DNA of 64,000 bases from an uncultured Clostridia bacterium (GTDB lineage Bacteria; Bacillota; Clostridia; Christensenellales; UBA1242). Positions 55,048-63,874 of this stretch are shown one piece after another; the stretch's first letter is position 1, and each line of letters opens with the position of its first letter. The DNA is taken from positions 11,526 to 75,525 of the forward strand of contig CAKVGH010000004.1 in NCBI GenBank assembly GCA_934747255.1. The letters run 5' to 3'. The translations under genes and the position numbers were made by a program. The notes beneath the pieces are model-generated. The model was not told the origin of the DNA, ran no database searches, and worked only from the letters and a program-made list of their open reading frames with translations.

Positions 55048-56957
55048 TATCCAACATCTGCTCCGTTTGATATTTCTTTTTCTGGTGTAATAAAGCAAAA
55101 TTCTTTATCATCATTAGCATAGGAATATAAAATCATACCTTGACTTTCTATTCCCTTAATTTTTCTTGGCTTTAAGTTGAGAACAGCCACAATTTGTTTA
55201 CCAAGCATTTGCTCGGGTGTATAATGTTTTGCTACCCCACTAACAATAGTTCGTTTCTCTGTTCCAAAGTCTACTAAAAACTTTAATAGTTTATCGGCAT
55301 TTTCCACCTTTTCCGCTTCAACTATCTTGCCTACTTTAAGTTCTAACTTTTCAAAATCTTCAAACTCAATGTATGGTTTGTGGCTTACAACTTTTTCTTC
55401 TTTTTTTGGTGTGCTTTCAGTCATCAAAAATGCTAGTTCTTTGTTAATATCAAGTCTTTGATAGAGAGCAGTTTTTTCAACTTTTTGTCCGCACAATGCC
55501 TTGTTATAACTAACCGAAAGTGTATCAAAATCTTTATCGTCATTTTTTAATGCTAACAAAATTTGATTTGCTGTTTGTGGTATAAATGCTTGCAAAATAA
55601 CCGCTACCGAGTGCAACACAAAATACAAGTTGTGCAATACATCGCCAAGTCTAACTTTATCTTCTTTGAGTGTCCAAGGTGCTGTGTCTTCAATATACTT
55701 ATTTGCGTGTCTAATAACCTTCCAAACTTCATTAAGTGCATTATGAACTTCAAACTTATCCATAAATGTTTTTACATTGGCTAGCAAGTTTATAGTATCG
55801 GTTATCAAACTTGTGTCAAGTTCGTTTTCGTTCCCAGACAATTTTGGTAAAACGCCATCAAAATTTTGAACTAACATAGCACTTGTTCTTGAAAGTAAAT
55901 TTGCTAGGTCATTTACAAGGTCTGTGTTAATAAGTTTCAAAAATGTTTCGTTATCGTAAGGACTATCACCCATAATTGGACCATTTTTTAGTAGGTAGTA
56001 TCTTACAGCGTCCACACCATATCTTTCGCACAAAACATAAGGATTAAAGCCATTTCCTAAACTTTTTCCCATTTTTGCACCCGCTTTTGTTAGCCAGCCG
56101 TGGGCGTGAATATGCTTTGGAAGTGGTAAATCAAGAGCCATTAAAATTGCTGGCCAAATGATAATATGAAATCTTGCAATTTCCTTTGCCATTAAGTGTA
56201 AATCCGCTGGCCAATATTTTTTGAAAAGGCTGTCATCTTCTTGCATATAGCCAAGTGCTGTCAAGTAGTTTGGCAACGCATCAATCCAAACATAAATAGT
56301 ATGTTTTGTGTCAAAAGGCACAGGAATACCCCATTTTACCGATGTTCTCGAAACACAAAGGTCATTAAGTCCTTGCTTAATAAAGCCAATCATTTCACTC
56401 TTTGTGCTGTCAAGTTTAATAAAATCTGGGTGCGAATTATAGTATTCTAGCAATCTGTCAGCATACTTTGATAGTCTAAAAAAGTATGCTTCTTCCTTTG
56501 ATTTTACAACTTCTCGTCCGCAATCTGGACATTTTCCATCAACAAGTTGGCTTTCTGTGAAAAATGACTCACAAGGAGTGCAGTAAAGACCTTCGTAAGT
56601 AGATTTGTATATTTCGCCTTTATCATATAACTTTTGGAATATCTTTTGAACTGCCTCAACATGATAAACATCTGTTGTACGGATAAATTTATCATAAGAA
56701 ATATCAAGTTTTTCCCACAAATCTTTATACTTTTTTACGAGCATATCACAAAATTCTTTTGGCGACAAGCCTGCTTTTTCGGCTCTTTCGGCAACCTTTT
56801 GACCATGTTCATCACTGCCGGTTAAAAAAAATACATCTTTTTTTAGTAGTCTATTAAATCTGGCTAACGCGTCAGCATAAACACTTGTACAGCAATGTCC
56901 CAAGTGCAAATCGCCACTGGCATAATAAATTGGTGTAGTAATATAAAATTTATCCAT
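55047..56957 (-). CDS. metG: Methionine--tRNA ligase with C-terminal tRNA-binding domain
   Basis: HIGH motif DLHLGH and KMSKS motif KMGKS, a Zn knuckle region CPDCG, and a C-terminal EMAP/Trbp111-like domain (LELKVGKIVEAEKVENADKLLKF). I start it at ATG 56957 (AGGAG upstream), not the track start 57050. Confidence 0.95.
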   Translation of the reverse strand: MDKFYITTPIYYASGDLHLGHCCTSVYADALARFNRLLKKDVFFLTGSDEHGQKVAERAEKAGLSPKEFCDMLVKKYKDLWEKLDISYDKFIRTTDVYHVEAVQKIFQKLYDKGEIYKSTYEGLYCTPCESFFTESQLVDGKCPDCGREVVKSKEEAYFFRLSKYADRLLEYYNSHPDFIKLDSTKSEMIGFIKQGLNDLCVSRTSVKWGIPVPFDTKHTIYVWIDALPNYLTALGYMQEDDSLFKKYWPADLHLMAKEIARFHIIIWPAILMALDLPLPKHIHAHGWLTKAGAKMGKSLGNGFNPYVLCERYGVDAVRYYLLKNGPIMGDSPYDNETFLKLINTDLVNDLANLLSRTSAMLVQNFDGVLPKLSGNENELDTSLITDTINLLANVKTFMDKFEVHNALNEVWKVIRHANKYIEDTAPWTLKEDKVRLGDVLHNLYFVLHSVAVILQAFIPQTANQILLALKNDDKDFDTLSVSYNKALCGQKVEKTALYQRLDINKELAFLMTESTPKKEEKVVSHKPYIEFEDFEKLELKVGKIVEAEKVENADKLLKFLVDFGTEKRTIVSGVAKHYTPEQMLGKQIVAVLNLKPRKIKGIESQGMILYSYANDDKEFCFITPEKEISNGADVG

Positions 56958-56988
56958 AAAAAATCTCCTAGAAAAATCTATTAGTTTT

Positions 56989-57017
56989 ATTATATCAAAC
57001 AAGAAAAAAATTGTAAA
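56989..57017 (-). promoter_or_regulatory. Sigma-A-type promoter of metG-tatD-rsmA
   Basis: Minus strand reads TTTACA (57017-57012), a 17-nt spacer, then TATAAT (56994-56989) with an extended -10 TGA. Confidence 0.55.
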
Positions 57018-57085
57018 TAATTTCGTGAGCAATAACACCAATCTATGCAATTGTGCTAGTTTTTTAATTTAAGTCATATAAATAA

Positions 57086-57652
57086 ATGATGAATTGTGTT
57101 TTTAATTTAGTGTTTATGCTGTCAATTTCGGTTATGCTGTTTATTGACCCTTCTCTTTGTTTAGATACGATGATTGGCGCTGGCGAAAAAGCAGTAAATC
57201 TTTGTATCAGCCTAATTGCAATCTACTCCATTTGGCTTGCTATACTCGAGGTTGTTGACAAATCGGGGTTAAGCAATATAATTGCAAAAATGCTTAAACC
57301 ACTCATAAAGTTTTTATTTGGCAATCAAGATGAAGAAACAAACAAACTTCTTGCAATTAACCTTTCTGCAAATATTTTGGGAATGGGCAATGCAAGCACG
57401 CCAAGTGGCATTGACGCTATGCAACGACTAGATAATAAAAAAGGAATAGCAAGCAAAGAGATGATTATGTTAATGCTTATTAACAGTATGAGTCTGCAAG
57501 TTATTCCCACAACTCTAATTGGAATGAGAGTGGCATTCGGTAGCACTAATGCTACTAATATTATTTTACCTATAATTATTACAAGTTTTGTATGCACTTT
57601 TTTTGGTGTAATGCTTGTGAAAATAGTGTATAAAAAGAAGGCAAAAATATGA
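57086..57652 (+). CDS. spmA: Spore maturation protein A (nucleoside-recognition domain membrane protein)
   Basis: 188-aa polytopic protein. Its size, pairing and 4-nt overlap with the following gene match the spmA-spmB arrangement. Confidence 0.65.
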   Translation: MMNCVFNLVFMLSISVMLFIDPSLCLDTMIGAGEKAVNLCISLIAIYSIWLAILEVVDKSGLSNIIAKMLKPLIKFLFGNQDEETNKLLAINLSANILGMGNASTPSGIDAMQRLDNKKGIASKEMIMLMLINSMSLQVIPTTLIGMRVAFGSTNATNIILPIIITSFVCTFFGVMLVKIVYKKKAKI

Positions 57653-58155
57653 GCAAATATATAATTCCCGTATTATTCTTGGCATTATTTGCTTTTGCAA
57701 ACATAAAAAAAGTAAACACCTATCAAACCTTTGTTGACGGTGCAAAAAAATCTTTACCACTAATATTTGATATTTTTGCCTATATTGTAGCAATTTTTGT
57801 GATAATTGAATTGCTTTCGGTTAGCGGAATATCTCAAAAACTTGCCGAAGTACTCGCTCCTATGATGAACTTTTTGGGCATTCCTGTGGAACTAACCGAA
57901 CTAATAATTGTAAAACCTTTTTCAGGTTCTGGCGGGCTTGCATTATTAACCGATATTTTTAACAAATATGGTGTCGATAGTTATATTGCAAGATGTGCTT
58001 GTGTTATTTTGGGCAGTAGCGAAACAGTTTTTTATGTTTCCACTGTGTATTTTTCCAAAACAAGCGTAAAAAAACTCGGCTTTGCAATACCAATAGCACT
58101 TTTCTGCACTTTTATTAGTGTAATACTTGGTTGTGCATTGTGTAGAATTTTTTGA
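57649..58155 (+). CDS. spmB: Spore maturation protein B
   Basis: 168-aa polytopic protein overlapping spmA by ATGA. It contains VKPFSGSGGLALL as in SpmB-type proteins. Confidence 0.65.
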   Translation: MSKYIIPVLFLALFAFANIKKVNTYQTFVDGAKKSLPLIFDIFAYIVAIFVIIELLSVSGISQKLAEVLAPMMNFLGIPVELTELIIVKPFSGSGGLALLTDIFNKYGVDSYIARCACVILGSSETVFYVSTVYFSKTSVKKLGFAIPIALFCTFISVILGCALCRIF

Positions 58156-58383
58156 TAAATCTATTATAAAAGCAAAAAATAGTTTGTGAAATTTTTTGTT
58201 AAAACAAAATAAATACAAAGAAATGAATTTCATTTTCTTTTATGTTTGAGAATTATAGATTAAAAATTTACTCATTGCAATATGACAACCCAAATAATTA
58301 AAAATTATACAAAAAAATCTAGCAACTTTAATGAATTTTGATGTCATTTGAGATTTGCTAGATTTTTTATTGTTAATTAAAAA

Positions 58384-59064
58384 TTACTTATTATCGCCTG
58401 AATTATTATCATTCACCTTTTGGTCGTCAACCATATTTGTTTGATTTGCATGACCATTTTGACCATAATTATTGTTTTGATTATATGGTCCAAATTGTTG
58501 GTTGTATGGTCCATTTTGTTGTGTATAATTGTAATTTTCTGGCTGACCATATTGGTTATTCATACCATTATGATAGTTTTGATAATTGTTTGGCATTTGA
58601 CCATTTTGATTTGGAATATAGTTATTTGGATATACATTTTGATGCAAAACTTCTTCTTTAGCAGTAAACGCACAAATCATAGCAATTACATTCATTGCAA
58701 ACGGAATTAAGTAAATTAAAATACTCGTTGTCATCATTGCTTCTGTACTTGATAACATAGTTACAAACATATAAATCAAAAGTGAGCCTGTCATTCCGCA
58801 CGCAACAGCGAGCAAAATGCCACCTATTTTTGCCTTTTTGAAACATTGTGCGCAACCAACAATGCCAATGATTGCACCTATCATACATACCCAACCGAGT
58901 ACGACTACAATCCACGCTTCGCCCAATCCTCCTTCGCCAGAAATTGCTCCGCCAATTGAACCGAAAAGGTCACCAATCAATGCAACAAAAAAACCAAAAA
59001 CTAGGCAAAATAGATTAGATAATAGCCCCAAAACAAACGCTGGAATACTTTTTCTAACTTTCAT
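58384..59064 (-). CDS. Membrane protein with Asn/Gln/Tyr-rich C-terminal tail
   Basis: 226 aa with about 4 hydrophobic helices. The tail reads QNVYPNNYIPNQNGQMPNNYQNYHNGMNNQYGQPENYNYTQQNGPYNQQFGPYNQNNNYGQNGH. GGGGG ribosome-binding site. Confidence 0.6.
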   Translation of the reverse strand: MKVRKSIPAFVLGLLSNLFCLVFGFFVALIGDLFGSIGGAISGEGGLGEAWIVVVLGWVCMIGAIIGIVGCAQCFKKAKIGGILLAVACGMTGSLLIYMFVTMLSSTEAMMTTSILIYLIPFAMNVIAMICAFTAKEEVLHQNVYPNNYIPNQNGQMPNNYQNYHNGMNNQYGQPENYNYTQQNGPYNQQFGPYNQNNNYGQNGHANQTNMVDDQKVNDNNSGDNK

Positions 59065-59123
59065 TTTTATTCCCCCTGTAAAAACATATTACCATAATAT
59101 TAAAGATTATCAAACTTTTTGCA

Positions 59124-59153
59124 TAAAAAAAGTGTGAATGGTAGTTCACACTT
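59124..59153 (-). terminator. Terminator after the 1138-aa surface-protein gene
   Basis: Hairpin agtgtgaa-tggtag-ttcacact at 59131-59152, followed on the minus strand by a U-run. Confidence 0.7.
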
Positions 59154-59161
59154 TTTATTAA

Positions 59162-62100
59162 CTATTTTTGAACTCTTGTTGGAGTGTCTTTTTTTACTGT
59201 TTTTGCTTTTTTGTTAGCAACGATAAAGTAAATTACAATTCCTGCACAAAGAGCAACGAATAGACCAATTAAAACACCTGTGATAATGCTTGTTACAACT
59301 GTTTCTGTTACACCCTCTGCTGAAACTTCAATTTCTTGAACTTTTGTTGTTACATTGCCTGCTTTATCAGTCAATTTGTAAGTTAATTTGTAAGTTCCTG
59401 CTTCTGTGAAAGTATAGTTGTAGTAGCCATCTGTTCTTGTCAATGTTTCTGTTGTTCCGTTTGCTTTTGTAATTGTTACAACAAATGTCATATCACTTTT
59501 ATCACTTACTTCATCACTGAAATCAAAGTCACTGTAAGCAATAGTTAATTTGCCATTTAATTTTGCTGATGATGGAAGATTTACTTCTTGATTAGCAATT
59601 TTAAGTTCTGGTGGAGTTACATCACCTACATTTAATTTCTTTTCAAGAGTATATTCGTTACCAGCCAAATCCATAATCGAATAAGTTACTGTATAAACGC
59701 CATCTTTTGCTGTTGGTTCAAATGTTCCATAAACTCTAACATCAGCTGGAGTTTCTGTAACATTTATGTCATTACCATCTTGGCTCTTTACTGTTACTTT
59801 ATAAGATTTAATACCTTTTTCAACATTTTTTGGTTGAAGGTATGGAAGGTTGATAAGGTTGTATCTACCTGTTTCGTTGTTATCACTATCTAGTACTGGA
59901 ACAAGTGCTGCTGTTGGAGCCCAATCTGTTTCGTCAAGAGTTAGTGATTCTTCACTTGATTGTGATTTTGCTACTGCTGTAATAGTTTTGATTGCTTCAA
60001 CTGGTTCGTTTACGCCATCACTAACTACATACTTGAATGTGAATGTTCCTGCTTCTAATGCAGTAAATTTATTGCTTGCACTAATGAATGAATATTTAGG
60101 ATTGTCAAATCCTTTGAAATCAATAGAAACATCTGCTTGATTTTCTTTAACTTCGCCGTTGTCAATCATAATGCAGTCTGTAAGATAAATTGCTTCGCCA
60201 ACTGTTACTGTTGACTTAAAGTCGTCTACTTCGATAACTGGTGGAATTGTGTCATTTACAGTCAAAGTATAAGCAATAATAACAATGTTATTTGCAATAT
60301 CTTTTGCTGTGAATGTAACAATATATTGACCGTCTTTTGTTGTTCTAAAATATCCTGCATTTAAGCTAATTTGGTCTGTGTTAACTGTAAGAACTGTTGT
60401 TGATGTTCCTCTAACAGTAACATCTTTACCACTTGGGTCATAAACATTTACTGTAATTTCTGTAAAGTCAGAATCTACTCCTCTAAAGATGAAATCTTTA
60501 CTTACAAGGTTAGATTCGATATAAACTGTTTCGTTTTGTCCAATAGCATCAATATTTGATTTGATTTGACTGATATCAAATGTTGGTGGAACAACTGTTG
60601 CAGTATCTACATTTACAAGTCTTATGCTTGCATCTTTTACTGCTACATTGTTCTTGCTTGGTTCGCCTTCGCCACCGTTTGGAGAACCAAATTTAGCATT
60701 ATCTGTTGCACGAACAACGATTCTTAATTCGTATCCTGCTTGATATGCTGGTGCTTCAAAGGTATAAAGTGTTTTGTCATCACTTGATACATGCAAGATT
60801 GTAAAGTTTGAACCGTCAGTACATTCGCTTAATGCTTTGCCTGCTTTGAAGTCATTTACAAAACTATTGTAATTGTTACCATAGTAGTAACCAACTTCTA
60901 CTTTGCAATTTTTTGTATCAACATTTGCTTCTTGTAAACTTGTGCTTGCATAGTCAGTAACAGTTGGAAGTTTGAATGAAATTGTTTCGCCAGTTTTTGC
61001 TGTTTTTGTGATAGTTGGCATTGTAATTCTTGGTGCTGTGCTATCAACAAAGTTTGCGTCAACAACTACTACTTCAAATTCTACTGACCTATTTGTGTTA
61101 ACACCATCGTATGCTTGGTATCTAATTTTGTATGTGCCTGCTGTTTGCAAACTCTTTTTGATATTTGCATTAAGGTCACTGTTTGATAGACTCAAAGTAA
61201 CTGCTTTGTTAACTGTTTCATCTGTGTCAATTCTTGTTTGAGTTGTACCATCAATCCAAATTCTTTGCAATGTCATATCGCCGTATGATGCAAAGTTGTC
61301 TGTTGCATAGATTGCTGGAAGAACTAAATCTTGGTTTGTAGAAATAACGATTTTGCTTGGAATCATATATGTTAAATCATTAACAAGGTCAACATCGCCA
61401 TCAATTGTTTTGACGCCGTCTTCTGTTTTTACATTGTAATCGTTAACAAGGTAAATTACTGGTTTAACTGTATCTGTTACATTTCTAATTTCATAAACCA
61501 AAGATTCAATCTTGTGTCCAAAGTAATCTGTGATTGTATACTCTACTCTGTAATATCCATTGTTTGATGTTTTGTGCATTGGAATAAACGAGAAAGTATT
61601 GTTGTTAAAATCTCTTGAAAGTGAACCGTTGTAAGAAATCTTTTCGTTGCTCAAATTTCCTTCTGGAATAAAGTCAACTTTAACTTCTACATACGCTTTA
61701 ATTTCTGCATTTGATTGATTTTTGTCTTGCGCAACTGGTCTTGGCAATACAAGTTCTTGTCCCAAAGTACCACTTGTTGGGAAACTCTTTCCGCTTTCAA
61801 AAACAAAAGTCATATCAATTTTGTCTACAACATTTTCCTTGTAGTCTCTTTCAACTTCTACTGTAACATATTTTGTTGCAGATAGACCTGTTGAAGATTG
61901 ATAGTAATAAGTAATTGTATATTTACCATATATATATTTGTTTTCGCTGTTTTTTACTGCGTTAAAGTAGATTTTGCCATCTTTAACAGTTAATTCAACA
62001 TTTGCACCGTTTGGGTCTTTAACTGATACAGTAACATAGTTACCTGTTCCTGAATCTGTATTTCTAATTAAAGAAATATTTTCTACCACTGTGCCATTTG

Positions 62101-62578
62101 CTTCTGTAACAGTAGGAACTGGAAGTTCTACTTCTTTTGCGTCATAAATTTTATCTGGTAAGAAAACTTTTGAGTTGTTTTCAAATTCGATAACTGGTTT
62201 TGTTCCAGTAACCAAAATTGAGTATGTTTGTGATTTTGTAATATTGTCACTAGCAATATACTTAACTGTATAGTAACCGATAGAAGTTGGTCTAATTACA
62301 ACACTGCTTGCGTTTTCGCTAACGAAATCTGTAATCAAATTACCTCTTGGGTCTCTAATTTCCATAGTAACTGAACCACTTGCGGTTGTTGCCTTTGGAA
62401 TTGTTAAAACTTCACCCATTTTGCCAGTTGAATTAAAGCCTTTAATAGTCATAACTGTTCCAATGCTTGGTGAGAAAGCATAAACGCTACTATATGCAGA
62501 CAATGGCGCTACAACGGCAATTCCAGCACACAATGTAAGCATAATAACAAAGGCTATTAGTCTCTTAAATTTTTTCAT
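59162..62578 (-). CDS. Large (1138 aa) membrane-anchored surface protein with Ig-like repeats
   Basis: I start it at ATG 62578, giving MKKFKRLIAFVIMLTLCAGIAVVAPLSAYSSVYA. Repeats end in motifs like DLAGNEYTLEKKLNVGDVTPPEL, DKAGNVTTKVQEIEV and NDTIPPVIEV. C-terminal TM IITGVLIGLFVALCAGIVIYFIV followed by a basic tail. No LPxTG. Confidence 0.75.
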   Translation of the reverse strand: MKKFKRLIAFVIMLTLCAGIAVVAPLSAYSSVYAFSPSIGTVMTIKGFNSTGKMGEVLTIPKATTASGSVTMEIRDPRGNLITDFVSENASSVVIRPTSIGYYTVKYIASDNITKSQTYSILVTGTKPVIEFENNSKVFLPDKIYDAKEVELPVPTVTEANGTVVENISLIRNTDSGTGNYVTVSVKDPNGANVELTVKDGKIYFNAVKNSENKYIYGKYTITYYYQSSTGLSATKYVTVEVERDYKENVVDKIDMTFVFESGKSFPTSGTLGQELVLPRPVAQDKNQSNAEIKAYVEVKVDFIPEGNLSNEKISYNGSLSRDFNNNTFSFIPMHKTSNNGYYRVEYTITDYFGHKIESLVYEIRNVTDTVKPVIYLVNDYNVKTEDGVKTIDGDVDLVNDLTYMIPSKIVISTNQDLVLPAIYATDNFASYGDMTLQRIWIDGTTQTRIDTDETVNKAVTLSLSNSDLNANIKKSLQTAGTYKIRYQAYDGVNTNRSVEFEVVVVDANFVDSTAPRITMPTITKTAKTGETISFKLPTVTDYASTSLQEANVDTKNCKVEVGYYYGNNYNSFVNDFKAGKALSECTDGSNFTILHVSSDDKTLYTFEAPAYQAGYELRIVVRATDNAKFGSPNGGEGEPSKNNVAVKDASIRLVNVDTATVVPPTFDISQIKSNIDAIGQNETVYIESNLVSKDFIFRGVDSDFTEITVNVYDPSGKDVTVRGTSTTVLTVNTDQISLNAGYFRTTKDGQYIVTFTAKDIANNIVIIAYTLTVNDTIPPVIEVDDFKSTVTVGEAIYLTDCIMIDNGEVKENQADVSIDFKGFDNPKYSFISASNKFTALEAGTFTFKYVVSDGVNEPVEAIKTITAVAKSQSSEESLTLDETDWAPTAALVPVLDSDNNETGRYNLINLPYLQPKNVEKGIKSYKVTVKSQDGNDINVTETPADVRVYGTFEPTAKDGVYTVTYSIMDLAGNEYTLEKKLNVGDVTPPELKIANQEVNLPSSAKLNGKLTIAYSDFDFSDEVSDKSDMTFVVTITKANGTTETLTRTDGYYNYTFTEAGTYKLTYKLTDKAGNVTTKVQEIEVSAEGVTETVVTSIITGVLIGLFVALCAGIVIYFIVANKKAKTVKKDTPTRVQK

Positions 62579-62617
62579 TGATTTTCTCCTTAATAAATTT
62601 GTAATTTCAACTTGATA

Positions 62618-62647
62618 ATTATATAATACATACACTCAAAAAGTCAA
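62618..62647 (-). promoter_or_regulatory. Sigma-A-type promoter of the 1138-aa surface-protein gene
   Basis: Minus strand reads TTGACT (62647-62642), an 18-nt spacer, then TATAAT (62623-62618). Confidence 0.5.
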
Positions 62648-62793
62648 ACGAATAAAGACAAGTAAAATATAATTTTTACAATTTTAGTTTTATTAAAAAA
62701 TGGAAAAATATACCAAAAATATGGAAAAATTTTACAATAGTTTATTGATAAAGAGTTTCAATAAAAAATTAAGCCATTTTATGTTAATAATCT

Positions 62794-63294
62794 TTAAGAT
62801 TGATTATTTTTTACATTCTTATTTTGGCTTAATGCATATTTTATCGTGTTTGCCGTTCCACCCGCTTTTCCACTCCATATAGCAATTATTTCATTGCTCT
62901 TATCTACCATATAAATATTTCTTTTTAACATACAGTGTGGCGAATAATCTTTTTTAGAAACATAAACTATTTTATCAGCATTATCTAAAATAGTTTTATA
63001 TCTATGTAACTGCTCTCCATTCCAATATTTTTGTTGATTAAAACAAGGCAAAGCACATTCTAGTTTTATAAATGGGTATTTAGTTTTAAGTATTAAAATC
63101 GCTTCTGCACAAATCATATCACTACCAAGTGCCATTCCACTGATAAAATTTACAAAGCCCATTTCAATAAATTTTTCCAATAACTCAATTAAATCTGTTT
63201 TGAATTTTTTGCAATTTTCCGTTTCTTCATCATACCCCCAAGGGAGTTTACTAGGTCTATGCCCCGTAAAGCATAAGGTGAGATTTTTTTCCAT
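62794..63294 (-). CDS. DUF1273 / YpsA-like SLOG family protein, copy B
   Basis: LCFTGHRPSKLPWGY, FISGMALGSDMICAE and SGKAGGTANTIKYA; a paralogue of 45529-46074. I start it at ATG 63294 (AAAGGAG upstream), not the track start 63357. Confidence 0.7.
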   Translation of the reverse strand: MEKNLTLCFTGHRPSKLPWGYDEETENCKKFKTDLIELLEKFIEMGFVNFISGMALGSDMICAEAILILKTKYPFIKLECALPCFNQQKYWNGEQLHRYKTILDNADKIVYVSKKDYSPHCMLKRNIYMVDKSNEIIAIWSGKAGGTANTIKYALSQNKNVKNNQS

Positions 63295-63467
63295 AAAAAA
63301 CTCCTTTTTGTTAAGTTTTATGTCATTTTTAGACATATTATACTTATTGTATATCATAAATAGACATATTTTACCAAATATTATGGCATTTTAATAATTT
63401 TAACGGCAATTACAGACCAAGATTAAAAATTTTACTATTGTAAAATATATTTATAGGAGATATTTGT

Positions 63468-63773
63468 ATGGACTATAAAGATGTTTTATATAGATTAGGT
63501 TATTTTAGAAATAAAAAGAATTTGTCAGCAAGAGAAACTAGTTTAAGAATTGGTGCAAGCGAAGGTCATTTTAATCGTATCGAAAGGGGTGTCGTTGAGT
63601 TAAAAGTAGAAACTTTGTTAAAGTTTTTGGAAGTTGTTGAAACTTCGCCAATAGAATTTTTCTACCCAAAACCAGAAAATTATGCCAACGATAAAGAACT
63701 GCTTGATATAATTCAAACTCTATCCACTGATAACAAAAACACACTAGTTGAACTTGCTAAAAAATTAAAATAG
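63468..63773 (+). CDS. XRE-family helix-turn-helix regulator
   Basis: 101 aa with HTH segment LSARETSLRIGASEGHFNRIERG. Divergent from SLOG copy B. AGGAG upstream. Confidence 0.7.
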   Translation: MDYKDVLYRLGYFRNKKNLSARETSLRIGASEGHFNRIERGVVELKVETLLKFLEVVETSPIEFFYPKPENYANDKELLDIIQTLSTDNKNTLVELAKKLK

Positions 63774-63788
63774 TTAATATAAAAACAA

Positions 63789-63820
63789 ATACTGCTACAA
63801 AGTTTTAGCAGTATTTTTTA
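63789..63820 (+). terminator. Terminator after the XRE gene
   Basis: 9-bp hairpin atactgcta-(8 nt)-tagcagtat at 63789-63814, followed by T6. Confidence 0.7.
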
Positions 63821-63851
63821 TAAAAAACTACTCCCGTTTTGAGAGTAGTTT
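63821..63851 (-). terminator. Terminator after the Cys-rich partial ORF
   Basis: Hairpin aactactc-(9 nt)-gagtagtt at 63826-63850, followed on the minus strand by a U-run. Confidence 0.55.
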
Positions 63852-63874
63852 TGGTTAAAATGTTTAGTTATGTA

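Noticed and set aside
55047-57050. N-terminal extensions of track ORFs: metG to 57050, tatD to 55098, nusG to 2618, ypeB to 44075, spoIIR to 45466, the 987-aa ORF to 21857, the giant ORF to 32418, the surface protein to 62635 and SLOG copy B to 63357.
   Set aside because: In most cases an internal ATG is preceded by a good GGAG-type ribosome-binding site, restores the expected family N-terminus or signal peptide, and removes overlap with the neighbouring gene or promoter. spoIIR is the exception: its ATG at 45358 has no clear SD and was chosen on the signal peptide alone.
56958-57085. Possible T-box riboswitch upstream of metG.
   Set aside because: The leader between the predicted promoter (-10 at 56989-56994) and the start codon is only a few tens of nt. 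That is far too short for a T-box, and no specifier or T-box sequence is visible.
62700-62882. A 60-aa plus-strand ORF in the gap between the surface-protein gene and SLOG copy B.
   Set aside because: It has no ribosome-binding site, it overlaps the 3' end of the SLOG gene, and its composition is low complexity. It most likely reflects promoter and UTR sequence of the flanking minus-strand genes.
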